NCBI RefSeq assembly: GCF_026210795.1
Contig: NC_089433.1
Coordinates: forward strand, 3,658,001 to 3,722,000
Reading direction: 5' to 3'
From: Rhizophagus irregularis
Taxonomy: Eukaryota
Length of the DNA stretch: 64,000 nt
Shown: one piece after another, positions 13,895 to 27,814 of the stretch
Position numbering within the stretch: position 1 is the first letter of the stretch
Layout: the number at the start of each line of letters is the position of its first letter
Translations under genes and position numbers: made by a program
Notes under the pieces: model-generated
What the model was told of the DNA's origin: nothing
What the model saw: only the letters and a program-made list of their open reading frames with translations
The model's database searches: none

Positions 13895-14880
13895 ATGAAG
13901 GACCCGGAAGATAAAGTGCCCTTTATATTTCTTCCTTGCCTGGTTAAGGTGCGATTTCTTGTGTTTGTTTTTTTCTTTTCCTTTATATATGGTTTAACGT
14001 TCAAACTTATGAACAGGTTGATAACAAAAGATAATCACACACGTATTTATCTCACAACCAAGATACAACCAAACATCGAATACTATTCGTAGGTCACTCG
14101 TCATCAGTTGAAGAGATAGGATATACGCACATTTGTAAAGTCCGTATTATATAGTAATTTTATTATTTTCTATAAAAGTAAAAATTAAAATTCAGTTTTT
14201 CATCCCACCAATAAAGAAATGAAACCTTCACCTGTTGCAAATTTCAAGTGGCGAATGGTATCGGAATTTTTAAAAAGGTGAGTAAAGATTATTCTATCAC
14301 CCACTGGCCATAATCCTTGACTGCACACCGCGAAAGCAACGTGCGAAGGTTTATGAGGGCTGACCGGACGACTTTAAAGGGTTGCAAATAGATGACTGGG
14401 GCCCATCATACGAGAACCCACCCCAAGGTTATATCTTTGAAAGTGGAGCCTTGCTTAAGGTACCTGAATATAAGTCATCAGGTTCAAATTCACCGTCTTA
14501 AAGATATAGTAGTTGGTCTGTCAAGTGCTCTGGAGTCACTCTTGCAAAGGATCTGATGGTCATAATAGAGAATATAGATGGTGGTAAAGGATACCATGAT
14601 ATCTATAGTCACTTCTGAAGTGTATGCTTATCCCTAAGGTAATTGGGTTATGGTGTATGGCTACTTGTCAAAATGGTCACTGTTTAAAATACCATTTTGG
14701 TGTCCAATATTATGACCCGTCATAATGGAAGACATAGATAGTAGTGAAGGATACTATATATATAGTCACTCCCGAAATGTATGCTTATCCCTAAGGTAGT
14801 TGGGTTATGGTGTACAACCACTTGTCAAAATGGTCAATGTTTACAATGCCATTTTGGTATTCACTATTATGGCTCGAAGT
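13895..14880 (+). pseudogene. Decayed GC-richer multi-exon gene of unknown family
   Basis: ATG at 13895, GT-AG intron-like AT-rich gaps, and protein-like frames broken by TGA/TAA/TAG stops. Confidence 0.45.
14560..14876 (+). repeat. Diverged tandem duplication, two units of ~160 bp
   Basis: Both units contain TATAGTCACT...TGTATGCTTATCCCTAAGGTA.TTGGGTTATGGTGTA...CTTGTCAAAATGGTCA...CCATTTTGGT. Confidence 0.85.
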
Positions 14881-15903
14881 GAATGAGCTAGAACTAACAT
14901 AAGCTTTCAATGTTAATTTATAGGGACCTGTGAAAATGGCACAAGCGGAAAGAAATGTACCATAAAAGGAATATAAAAATTCTACAAAAATGTAAAACTG
15001 AAAAGATTCGAAGCAATAAGAACCGACTTAATTTCTTGAAGTGGAATTTTCTTTGGTATGTTCAGTATTGGTGTTTTTTACCTTTATTTTGAATCTTCAC
15101 TTTTTATGAGACATATTTTATTAAGAACACAAAATTTGCTTGTGTAGGTAAAAAACTAAAAATTATTACATTTAATCACAAATACTTTAGGTAATTCAAT
15201 CTGAAATGAATTTTTATTTGATCGTTCATAATCTTTAACGTGATAAGTTTGAAAATCTCATTAAAAAAATTAACATATGCTTGCTATAATAATTTAATTT
15301 AAAATATTTATTATAGAGTGTATATTATATATATTTATGTTGGTTTTGCTAGTATTAGCATGTTAAATTTTGCCATTGTTTGTTGCGAAAAGTAATACAT
15401 GTATGTATCAGTTCAAGCATAAATAGTTCCTATATTGTGCAATTAAATTAGAGACGATTGAGAGTGCAAAAATCGATTAAAATTATCTAAATTTCGGACT
15501 GTATTATTGTTTTAATATTAAATGTGACTTTCACACAACTAGTAAAAAAGTTGCAGCCAAAAAAAAATTGGATTTTTTTTAAAATATTGATCGATTAATT
15601 ATATAATCTGATTAAGGCCCAATTTTAATCAGTTAAATTTTCTTAGCCGGCTTCAACCTCTAAATTGAATAAATTTAGAATCCAAATTCTATTTTGGAAA
15701 TTTGTGAAATATATATATACAAATTTCTTAAATATTTATAAAACAATATATTTAATTAAAGCGATTATGATCATAAAGTTTCATATTATTAAGACATACT
15801 TTCTTTCTAATAACATAAATCAAAAATTACATGTGAATTTTTTGTTCAATTCTTACGTTTAATAAGTTGAGTTTCAAAATCCTTTAAAAATCAATTCATC
15901 TAT

Positions 15904-17283
15904 CTATTTACGATTTGAAATACTTCATAATTTTCTAAAGAAAAATGTTCAATCTCAATTATCTTTTTTTTCATAAAAATTCTTTTGATAACACGTTAAA
16001 TTGTAATCCGTATATTCATTGGAAGATGCTAGAAAAATATCAGAACCAAACCTTGGCCCACATCTAGGGTAAATGCTACAGCATAATTGAAATTTTTCAC
16101 GTTACTGATAATAATATTCCCATTCTTAAAGGAAAAATAAAGTTATCTTTAGTTTTGCCCAGGAACTAGAAGATTCTAATGGATTATACCCACCAATAAT
16201 TTCTTCTGTCCCTTTTATTTTAATAAAAGTAACTGTATTATATTTACCATCACATGACTCATGAAATTTTTAGGAGTAAGCCCATCTTTAATTCCTCGTA
16301 ATAGCAATTTAAAGTAGTATGTTAAATATAATCCTCTAAAACGTATAAATTTACTATTAAGATCCACTTTATTAATCCATCTTGAAATTGTTGAAATAAT
16401 ATTTAAATTAAGAAGCAAAATATCTCGTTATCAGGGTTCAAATATGAGTTCACTAAATCTTCATAAAGTTGTTGATCTAAAAGTTTTTGATATGGTCGAA
16501 CTTTCTGTGTTAATTCTTTAGATGATAAACTAAAAAATCTAATTAAAGTCAAACAATTTTGTAAAGTATTTTTTCATTGTTTTGAAATCATTATCGGATC
16601 AAGTTTTAGGATATGAAATGAGAATTGAATTTTGTGCAAGTCCCCATTTTAATACATATTCCCATACTTCAACTTCTTTCATTTGTAAATCATCTCTCTT
16701 AATAAGTGAAATTGAAGATTTTCAGAAGTGAAGCGAAATCAAAAGATTTGAATATCTTTTCGCATTAAATTTGTACAAAATTCTTAAAGTTTTAATAAAT
16801 TATTAGATTTCGCACTAATTTGTTAAATAAATTTAAATGTTTTTCTATCCACTCTGATTTATTAATTAAATATAGTTTTTGTAAATAATCAATTCTTGGA
16901 AAAGAAATATATCTGCAGCTTCTAATACCTTAAGAAATCTGAAATATCTTATAATTTTTAGTTGCTAATTAAATTCTTGTAATGATATAGGTATATTTAT
17001 GGTAGTATTCTTCATTGAATGGGATAATCTTATATTGTATATTAAATTTTTTTAAATAACTTAGTCTAAAACAATTTGAAAGATTTCTGGTGATATATTT
17101 GGTATGTTAATATGATTTAAATCATTATCATTTGGAGGCAAAAATTCTACGTAAATATGAAGAACGATACATAAAATGTTTATATGAGCTCAAAATATTT
17201 TTACGTAAGGGTCTGCGCCAACCTCAATTGTAATATCGATAGTATTCATCATCTTTTAATAATTTGATGTAATTTTGACATCA
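15904..17283 (-). pseudogene. BTB-BACK-TLDc pseudogene
   Basis: The minus strand encodes DITIEVGADPYVKIF, KRDDLQMKEVEVWEYVLKWGLAQ, FKLLLRG, GGYNP and YEVFQI with many frameshifts. Start is approximate. Confidence 0.85.
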
Positions 17284-18954
17284 ATTTATTTTTAAATTTT
17301 TTATTATTATTTTTTTTTTTTAAAAAAAAATGTCTATTCAATTTTTTTTAAAATTATGTACAATAGATATATTACATTAACCTGCAGCTTGTTTTACCGC
17401 ATACTCTCTTTATTTATATAGAAAACATGATAATATGTAATGCTATTCCATAATAATTTGAAATACTCTGGTGAATAATTTGATTAAAAAAAAATTTATG
17501 TAGGCATCAATTTAAGTTTACTGGTTATTTTGTTCTATTATTGAAATTTTCATAATAACAGAATATGAAAAATGTATATTTGAGAAATTGGAAGCAATCG
17601 GTAGGATTCTTCGTATTCTCATGTCTCTAGTTCAATAGATAAAGAATAATCATTAAAAACCTTAGAACAATAAAATGCGAATAATTATTCATCTATGTAA
17701 GCTAGAGACATGAAATATCACATTCTATGAGCTTTAGATTGTCTTTTAATGATATCTTTGCGATGAATCAATGCAGTAAAATATTCAAAAATAATGTCAG
17801 TGATTTTTGATATCATTGTATAATTCCAGCCAAAATCAAAATTCCCATCCCATTTAATATGGGCGGGCAAGTATAACCAGAATTACGTCAACTGGCCTCC
17901 TTCGGTACTCTGTAATATTCATACTAGCTTAACACTTACAATTATTAATGAATAAAACTACACTAAAATTGACTACTGTTCAATTACTCTTCCTTCATCC
18001 TTTGAATACTGGTGAACATTTGGTACTGTTTCGTCCAAAGTACAACTCGTCAATTTGCCAAATTGTCCACAGTACAATTTATTCTTTGGTCAATTTGTTG
18101 GTCGTAGCAAGTTTCACTAAATTTTATCTTAGAATATTATTAAGAAAACCCGCGATTAGCGCACAGTCACGTACAATTTAAATAATTATTGTTATTATAA
18201 CGAAAATTTAATAAAAATATATGTTTATATATTAACTATAGCAATATAAATACTATATATAATATATTGTGCTTTTAACAAAAAAAAAAGTAATGCTTTA
18301 TAAATAATTCTTGATATCATCTAATGAAAAATACCTTTCTTCTAGTTAATTTCATTGTTATGAAATAAAGAAGATAAATTTATATTTAATAATTTTTTTA
18401 ATATTATTAATAGCATTATTAATTTTACAAATATAGACAAACAAAACGCGAAGATCATGACATTTTTTAAAAAAATGAATACAGCCATAACTTGATATAA
18501 CGATTCGGGATAAACTGATTTTGGCCCATAACGAACTTTTTTCTTCCATCTATAATTAATTTTATCACTATATACCAACTTTATTATAAATTACATATAT
18601 CAAAGTTAGTCATGATACCATCCTAATTCCAGCCGGAATTAACTTAGTCTCGGCCGGCACTATTCAACGCAGCAGATCACCTGATATCCCGGAGTCGTGC
18701 ATCTATTTACAAGTTTCTGTATGATAACATTGTATTAAGCTATTGATATTATAAACATATTTAAGGTGATAAATATTGATATATCTTCTGTACTTTTTAA
18801 TATACTATATAAACTGGTATAATAATAATATTTGATTTATCGAATATTCGACATAATGACCCAAAATAGCTTGTTCGCTAAGTCTTTTAAAATGATGGTA
18901 AAAATAATTATGAGTCATATGATCCATAGATTTTACTATCAATACAACGAATCT

Positions 18955-19125
18955 TGATAGCCGGATTCATTTTGGCGGTTTCTTAGAATTAGGGTTAGGA
19001 CTAGAGTTAGGCTAGGGTAAGGGATTAGGATTAGGATTAGGGCAAGGGATTAGGGCTAGTGGACTTAGATATAAAATCCTATTAATTGTAACTTGCAAAA
19101 TGAATCGAAATGAATCTGGCTACCA
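18955..19125. mobile_element. Small TIR element carrying degenerate telomere-like (TTAGGG-type) repeats
   Basis: TG(A/G)TAGCC(G/A)GATTCATTT inverted repeats enclose TTAGGG/TTAGGA/CTAGGG variants at ~18983-19060. No clear TSD. Confidence 0.6.
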
Positions 19126-19537
19126 TTTTTTTAGATGTGACGTAGAGTGATTCTATCAATACTTGCATAAATCTATTATTTGTCGTAATTACAAGCTATC
19201 ACACCATATCAATAACTTTATATTATTACCATCATCCACACTATTTGAATGCTAGTAGAAACTTCATAAGATGGTGCATGAATCTAGAATATCATTTTTA
19301 AATATTCTAATAATATTAATATCAATATGTGTCATATTTATTAGTCTTTTGTATTTTTTAGGTAAAAAAAATTGTCTCTATATGAGTAAAAAATCATAAT
19401 TTGCTATTATTTCTCAATAAAGATGATGCAATGTTAATTCAGTATTATTAAAAATGATGTAAAAGCATATTTTGTTTTTTATTTAAAGACCTGCTTGTTT
19501 ACCATTTTTAACTTTTTGGACTTTGGCTAAAATAATC

Positions 19538-20720
19538 ATGGAGGAGGATACATCTAAATACCTTGGCCAAGATAGTAAGTTTTGTGACTTGAGGACTTAT
19601 AATCTTCTCCTTTCCTTTATTTAATTTGAATTCTTACCTTCATTTTAAATACAGCCCTTATCTCTTATTTAAGAGAGAAAAATTATAGATCATCATATCA
19701 TGAATTCATGGATCTACACCTTGATGTCATCATTGCTTCTTCTTCATCATTTTCAAACTGGAAAGGTTTGGATGAATTCTGGTCATTTGAATTTTTAAAA
19801 AAAGCTGAGAAACTGAGGATGGATTTAAAAGAAAAGGTACATAGGACCTATAAAAATTTTATCCATTATTTCTGTAAAATGAGCCTTTTATTATGAGTCC
19901 ATTCACAGAAAATGTAAATGATTTAATAAATTCTGTGATATAAGGTTATTAATTCTGGAAGTATGAGACTTTAAAAAGATGGAATGTAAAAAATGGATAA
20001 CTTTTTTAGGGAGATAACTCCTATGAGGGTGCATCTGACTGGGAGAATAACTTTTTTGTTGTGCTTTGTGTGTGACCACTCCACAGTCCTGGCCTAAGTT
20101 TATCATTAGTAAATGGACTGTTAGTTAGACCAGCTATATACCCTCATTTATCTTAATAAAAAATCCAGACCTTTGTCTTAAATAAAAAATTCACACTGCT
20201 AATGAATATCTTATTTGCTTTCAATAGACAAAATTGGAGCATTCAGAAATATGGTTAGTGTTATACTGGAAAAAATTTATTAAAGAACATGAGGAGGTGT
20301 ATATATATATTTGTATTGATTATGAATAATGTATTATAAACTCACTAACTCAAATCTATTAATCAACTTACAGTTAATTAGTTCACAAAATATAGATTAT
20401 AAAGAGATAACTAAAAAGAAGCAGATGACTAAAAATAATCTAGAAGATAAAAGGTTATATAATAAATTATGCCAATTGCTATGCAGGAACTAGCTATTGC
20501 AAGCCTTGCTATAATCCCGAGGAAACTCCTGGTAGATTAGATAGTGTTGTAAGAGAATTGACAATAAAAAAAGTGAATAGAGCCAGTGGCACAACGGAAG
20601 CTTATAATGAAAATTTGATTAACCTCTATAGTGGTGGTGGTATGGATGAGGTCATGAAACGTCTTGAAGAAAAATTTTCTCCTTGCTGTAAAACAAGGAG
20701 AAACAAACAATTAATTAGTA
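19538..20720 (+). pseudogene. Fragmented hypothetical-protein gene
   Basis: ATG 19538 exon plus a GTAAGT...TACAG intron gives MEEDTSKYLGQDTLISYLREKNYRSSYHEFMDLH...LKEK. Later protein-like pieces contain stops. Confidence 0.4.
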
Positions 20721-20777
20721 TTTACTTCAACTCCTAATATTATGAACTTGTTTCAACTTTATTTATCGTTTTTTAAT

Positions 20778-21156
20778 ATATTTACCATATGAATTTAAAT
20801 TATTATTAAGAGAAAGCCGCGATGGATTTACTCCAAAAAAATTTCATGAGTTATGTGATGATGTATGAAATTTTCTGGAACTTCATGTTGGAAAAAAACT
20901 AATGATAGTTTAATTTTTTCTTTTACAAATAAAAGTATTAAAGATACAATTAGTAATGTAATAAATGTAAATTGTGCAATTTATTATAGCGCTACTAGTG
21001 GTCCATCTTTTGGCGGTGATATTATTATTTATAATTCTACGAGTCTAACAGATTATAATATAATTCGCTGTAAAAAGAAATATTATGAAAAAAATATGAG
21101 ATTCCGAAGATTATTTTTTTATAGAGGATTATGAAGTATTTCAAATCGTAGAGCGC
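20778..21156 (+). pseudogene. TLDc-only remnant of a BTB-BACK-TLDc gene
   Basis: YLPYEFKLLLR...DGFTPKKFHELCD, then a deletion, then TNDSLIFSF...GPSFGGD...EDYEVFQI with frameshifts. Downstream flank matches the other array members. Confidence 0.85.
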
Positions 21157-22801
21157 AAGTTTTATTGAGTAAAAAATAACTTCTTTCCTATCATCATAAG
21201 AACTAAAAATCATTATAAACTATGTGGATTTTAATTGGAAGGAATGTATTCGTATTTTGCTCGCTAAATTTAATAAGGTCAATGATTATCTCGTGATTTA
21301 GTTACCAATTTCCTACATTGTAATTATTTCGACCAACAATTAACTTTATTTAGCGATCTCAATGTTTTTCCAGGCGGATTGGAATTGACCAAAAGAACAA
21401 GATAACTGACTTAATTAAAAATTCATTAGACTTTCTTAGAATAAACTAATATTAAATGTCTTTCACAAACGTTAAGTAAATTTAAAATCACGAATTTTAA
21501 TCTTTAGCAAAATTACTCAAACTATTCAAATTATTCGAGTATTAGAACCTTCAAATTATATATCTGAATTTTGTATATGGTAACAAGAAATAGATTTATC
21601 AAAGGGGGCTATATTAGAAGGCTTCATCGTTATAGAACCTTTTTTTGGTAATAAATATCAGTTGTTAAAGTTAATCTTGAATGACCGTTATTCTTAGGGC
21701 TTTTGCACGTGATTGTATTTTCATGTAGATCGATTACACTTCAATAAAGCGCTTAAAACCAATATATCATGATATTTTTGCTGTTTATTTCCGTTTTCCT
21801 CTTTTAATCTTTCAATTTTCATCTGCTTTAACGAAAATTGGGTCAAAGTACGTGATATCCAGATATTGCCACGATGTTGCTCTGCTCATCCTATCATAAA
21901 TACTGCTGTGCCAGACCTTCATCAATGAATTTAGTTTCATTATCAGACAAAAAGTTTATAGTAGTTAACATCTTTTTTTATCAAAAAAGTTCTTTTGTAA
22001 AAGTTTTTCTTTTATTTGAAAATAAAATGTTAATAGAAATTTTTTTCTTTTAAAAGTTTATTTATAAGGTCACGGTGCGAAAAGTCTGGATACCTATTTA
22101 TAATTATTATTGTGTCATTTTTAGACTAGTTAATTATATTATTTTATCATAACCTTTTTATTTCGTCATTTTAAAACTTCTACTAAGTTAAAATGAGATA
22201 AAAATTTTTTTTTTTAGGAATAATCATACAGTATTTTCAATTAATTTTTTATTATTTTTTAAAATGAGAATTATATATCACAATTATTTTTATTAGCAAC
22301 TGTATTATTAAATAAAAAAAAAGCTTTGAATTTTTTAATGAAATCCAACAACATTGATTTACAATAGAGAAAAAAATTCAAAATGGAAGGTGATTTCCAT
22401 TTTCATTTTGAATTTTTTCAAAAAAACTACATTACGAAAAGAGAAAATTTAGACCAGAATGGCAAGTAATTTCCATTTCTAATGAAAAAAAAATTATCCA
22501 CCTCTATTAATAATATATAAAATTATCTATCCAAATTAGGAATTATGGTTAGATTTGATTTCAAAAATACTAGAATACGCCCAATTTTTCAATTCAAGGT
22601 AAGATTGTCAAAAATTTAATGCGTTATATGATAACAAGCCGCAGATTGTGCAGATTGGCGTAACGAATTAACGAGTTTAAAGTTGTACTGTACAATCTGT
22701 ACATCAATAAATATGAAACAATTATGGGAAAATGCGATGAATATTACTCACAAGTTTATAAATATTGTCTTCCTCAAACTTGGGACTTTATTCTTTAACA
22801 A

Positions 22802-24322
22802 ATGTCTGCCCAATTTTTTTCAAAATTAAGTCAAAATTACGTTGAGTTATTAAAGGATGATGAATATTATGATATTACAATTGAAGTTGGTGAAGATCCT
22901 AACGTAAAAATATTTCGTGCTCATAAGAATATTTTGTGTTACCGTTCTCCATATTTACGACGAATTTTAGCTTCCAATAACAGGAACAATAATACTAATA
23001 ATTTAGTTCATATCAGATTACCAAATATGTCATCGGAAATATTTCAAATAATTTTAGAGTAAGTTATAAATTAAGTCAATACAAACTAAACGGATTTCTA
23101 ATATATTATATTTTTGTAATTCAGGTATATTTATGGTGGAATTCTTTCGTTGAATATGCGTGATGCTTCAGACTTTCTTAATGTTTTGGCCGCTGCAGAT
23201 AACCTCAATCTTCAAGAACTAGTTGATTATTTACAAAAATATTTGATTAGAAATAAACCCGAATTGATAGAACAAAATTTTGGGTTCACTCAACAAATTA
23301 GTTCACAATCTAATAATTTATTAGAACTTCAAGAATTTTGTACAAATTTAATGGCTCAATCACCAGAAAAAATATTCAATTCTTTTGATTTCACTTCACT
23401 AACTGAAACATCTTTAATTTCACTTATTAAAAGAGATGATTTACAAATGAACGAGATTGAAGTATGGGAACATGTATTAAAATGGGGTCTTGCACAAAAT
23501 CCAAATCTTATTCCAGATCCTAGTATTTGGTCAGATGATGATTTCAAAATGATGAAAGATATCTTGCAACATTGTTTGCCTTCAATTAGATTTTTTAGTT
23601 TATCTTCTATAGAATTCTCGCAAAAAGTTCGTCCATATCGAAAACTCTTAGATAAACAACTATATGAAGAATTATTGAATTCTTATTTGGAACCTGGTAG
23701 TGTGTCAAGATACAACGTTTTACGTCCAAGAAAAATTAAGAATAATGAAATTAAAATTGATGATTCCCAAATTATTGATTCAAAAATTGTTGATGCTAAT
23801 ATTATTTCAACTGTTTCAAAATGGGTTAATAAAGTGGTTATTAATGATAATAATTATGAGGAATTATATTTACCATATAAATTTGAATTATTATTAAGAG
23901 GAAGTCGAGATGAATTTACTCCTAAAAAATTTCATGAATTATGTGATGGCAAAGCTAATACAGTTACATTTATTAAAGTAAAAGAAAATGAAGAAATTCT
24001 TGGTGGATATAATCCTTTGAAATGGGAAACTACTGGTAGATGGGGTAAAACTAATGATAGTTTTATTTTTTCTTTTAAAAATAAGAATATTAATGATGCA
24101 ATTTTAAGTAATGTAAGATATGCAAGTTATGCGTTAGATTATAGCACTTCATGCGGTCCAAAATTTGGAAGCGATCTCAACATATTTACTATAAGCAATA
24201 ACCCATCTGCAGCTTTTGATACAACTTATTGTAATAAAGTGCGTTACGAAAGAAGTATAAGAGATTCTATTGCTAATTTTTCAATAGAAGATTATGAAGT
24301 ATTTCAAATCATAAGAAGATAA
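22802..24322 (+). CDS. BTB/POZ-BACK-TLDc protein; exons 22802-23058, 23125-24322 (484 aa)
   Basis: BTB motif DITIEVG...FRAH..IL..RSPY, BACK-like EVWEHVLKWG, and TLDc LLLRGSRD..F...FH..CD..GGYNP..SFIFSF..GP.FG..EVF. The GT-AG intron restores the frame. Confidence 0.92.
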
Positions 24323-27300
24323 ATGTAATCAGATAAATAATAGATACATTTATTAAACCAAATCTGAGTTTCCTTTAACAATCATTACTCGCATTTGTTT
24401 TTATTTATTAAAGGCGAAAACAAATTTCATTCATTCATAAGAGATTTTATAATAATGTTTTATGCTGTTACATTTTAAAATTAAAGTGAAATTCATGGCA
24501 GATATAATTCTTTAAATGGATTTTATAACATTTAAAAAATTATTTTTAATCCTTGTTTTAAAAAAACAAAATAAGATTAATTAAAGGAAAAAGATTCATA
24601 TTAATAAATTTGCTTTATTAATTAATCAAATATTTTGGACTATACTAATAATATGGAATATAAATTTTATTCATTTTTACTCTCGCTTCTTCTTTTCTTT
24701 TTTTTTCCTTATGCTCACTAAATAAAACATGACGTAAATTATCTCGTGATTTGAATGATTTCAGCCTGCAGCCCTGCAAAATAGTGATTTCAGCTAATGT
24801 TGATTTGATTGTCGATTTTGAATCAATATTTTCCAAGAGATTGAAATTTGCTTAATTCAAATAGACTTTCTTAAATAAAGTAAATTTTAAAGATCACGAA
24901 TTTTTTGTTCAGCCAATTTTTGAGACGAGTACACAAATATTTTTTTTTTTAAAAAAATTTTGTAACGCATTTCATTTTATTAAGGATAGATATCCAAATT
25001 AGAAATACCTAGAATATGTGCAACACGATATGACTCTATAACAAAACGTAATCTATCCTAAAAAAACATACAAAAACATATAAAAACAGAAACATAAACA
25101 GTCCCTGACTGCACTAATAACTAACTCTATACTAAGATTACAAGTGCTCTCCGGTAACGAAAGTGGTGCCTATCCTTAACAAAACTCCTCCTCCACTTGT
25201 TTATGCGATATTCACCCCTCTTCCAACGTCAAACACCCGCAACCCCATCCATCCTACAAAACAAAAACTATTAGTATGTATCCCCAAGAAACTAGACTAG
25301 CCGTAACTCCATTTGAACATGAAGCAAAAAAGCAAATCGTCCGTCTTAACGGTGCGGTTGGTTTGGCGGTGCCCTTGTCCAGGTCAAATTCCTCGAAAAT
25401 CCATACCGAGATCCATTAGGAGACCTTTTATTTGTTTCTTGAAAATTTTTTTTTCATGCAAGATATATTTATTTATTTATTTTATGTGAAGACGGACAGA
25501 CTATTAACAGGACATATACGTAACCGTGCTATCCTACTTCTAGCTATCATCCCCCCGAGGACGGACCCGAACTTCTTTAAATCCAACGAACCAGGATGAT
25601 CCCCTCCCCTACCAGAAAGGAACCAATGAACCGAAAGAAAGAAAATGATAAAGGACACTAACAAAATATTAAGAAGTTGTGGCAATCTACACATTATAAA
25701 TAGCAAAATTAAAGGGACTATTATTAGTAATTACATTATTAAAAGAAAAAACTTCATCTAAATGTGAAAAGAAAGAACCACTATGTAAAAAATTGGATGA
25801 CGAAAATAAAATAAATAAAAAATCTTTATCTAATTTAAAATTACGAAAGTCATTAAAAGGATTAATATATCCACGTTCCATATCTCTATTATTATCGATA
25901 ACTACCGGCCTATTAAGGGCAGCTGCGGTTCTTTGATTGCGCAAGAAAATATCCCGATATTTTGTAAAAGACGTTTTTGTGATTCCCCAGGTGTCTCTTA
26001 AAGCTTTCCATTTCTGGTTGCGAGCTTTCCAAATATTAATTTTGATGAGGATACTACATTGGTGCATATAATGCATAATTAATTTAACAATGTGTTTCAT
26101 AGTATTAATATGTGCTCGAAAAATCCCTAATAAATCATTGGAAATATATGATTTAAGAAGTAAATAAGCCACAGGATGAATGGGTTCAGAACGATACGCC
26201 CATCTGAAAGTAGGAGAGTATTTGATTGAATCAGAAATTACTAGAGATAGTCTATCAGTGTGAGATTTCAGCAGGTCGATTAAAATGGCTCCCATTTGGA
26301 TAAAAGAGGATTTGATAAGTTCATAATTATCTGAACATTCCCATAAATGAATATTTGTTTCAACGTGGTTATGACATGATAGGCATTGTGTACGGTCTTT
26401 AATGAGTAGAGGGAAATTCCTATTCAAAATGTCCAAGGTTGGTAACGTGAGCGTTGAACATCTGATTTTCCATTTTAGATCTTTAGTATGTAACAGTGAT
26501 GTAGTATCGTTACGGCCATTATAATTAAACCATTTGCTGGATAATGCCCAATTAATTAGAAGATTTTTGGTGTCGTTCTTAATTGATTCCAAAGAAGCGT
26601 GATTGAGGTGATTATCTAAACGCTGATAATTCAGTATAGTACCGACACATTTACGAACATCCTTATCCAGGGTACTTCATTGTTCCAGTTTAAAGTGATA
26701 GTTTGGTTGGGTAAGTGATCGTGTATGATTGTCGTAGGTATAGGTTGGGTGCGGCCTAATTTGGCTTGAATATCCGCAATGTCATTAAACTGGTTACCCG
26801 AGTGGGCTTTGACCTTCAAAAGTTTCACTTTCAATGATAAGGATTTTATGGTAAAATGGATTGATGACCAAAGTATATTGTTGTTAATTTTGTTGAAGCG
26901 CCTCGGCGATATGGTGTGTAAATTTTTTGATTTATGAAACGAATCAATTGCTGCTTGTGAATCAGTATGAATGACAATTTTACCAAACTCTGGGCACACG
27001 ACTAACGCCGTTAAAATAGCCATAGTTTCCGCCTTGGTTGATGAAGGAAAGAATTGTAAAGATCCATTATAGGTGATGTTACTATTGAATAAATTGGAAG
27101 TAGTCCAACCATAGCCCATAGGAAAACCTGCTTGGGAATTAGTGGAATCATAAGAACCATCAGTAAAAAATTCTAAATCAATGAAGGGCGCGAGCGTAGT
27201 AGCTATATCTTGTAAATCTTCTGATATTTTAAGATCATCAAATAATTTCGTAATTAGATCCATGTTGCGTAAAGTATTTGGAACATTAGAATTATCTTGA

Positions 27301-27814
27301 ATAGGGGGATTAATGGGTCGAAAATTCACAGTAGAGTTGTAACCTCTTTGGATTAAATGATCATTAAACGCCATAAGGCGGTAGTTAGGATGACTATATT
27401 TAAGTAATTGGAAGTCTTTAATCGGAACGTTAGGACGAGGAAAGAGGTCTTCTTTTTTCTTTTTGGGTAATGCTTCAAGAAGAATCAAATCTTTATGCTT
27501 AACTTGAATAATGCATTTTGGTCTCATGTCTCCGACATAATAAGAGAAATGTTGAGCACAACCTTGACAACGAATCAAAATATTGGGAGTTGAACGAGGT
27601 GAAGTGTGGAGTGAAGACGCCGATATATCTTTATGAATCCAATGTTCCATATAAGATACTGGACAACAATTAGGAAAGTTGTTGGTACTAAGAAGTTTTC
27701 CATAGACGATATCTGAAAGATGCGGTATCCAAGATGTTACCCATTGTTGAGATCTTTTCGGGTGATGTAAAGTGTTACCATCGATCGGAGGGGTGGGAGG
27801 ACGTGGTGCCATAT

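Noticed and set aside
18983..19060. True telomere or chromosome-fusion site
   Set aside because: Short, degenerate, single orientation, and enclosed by TIRs.
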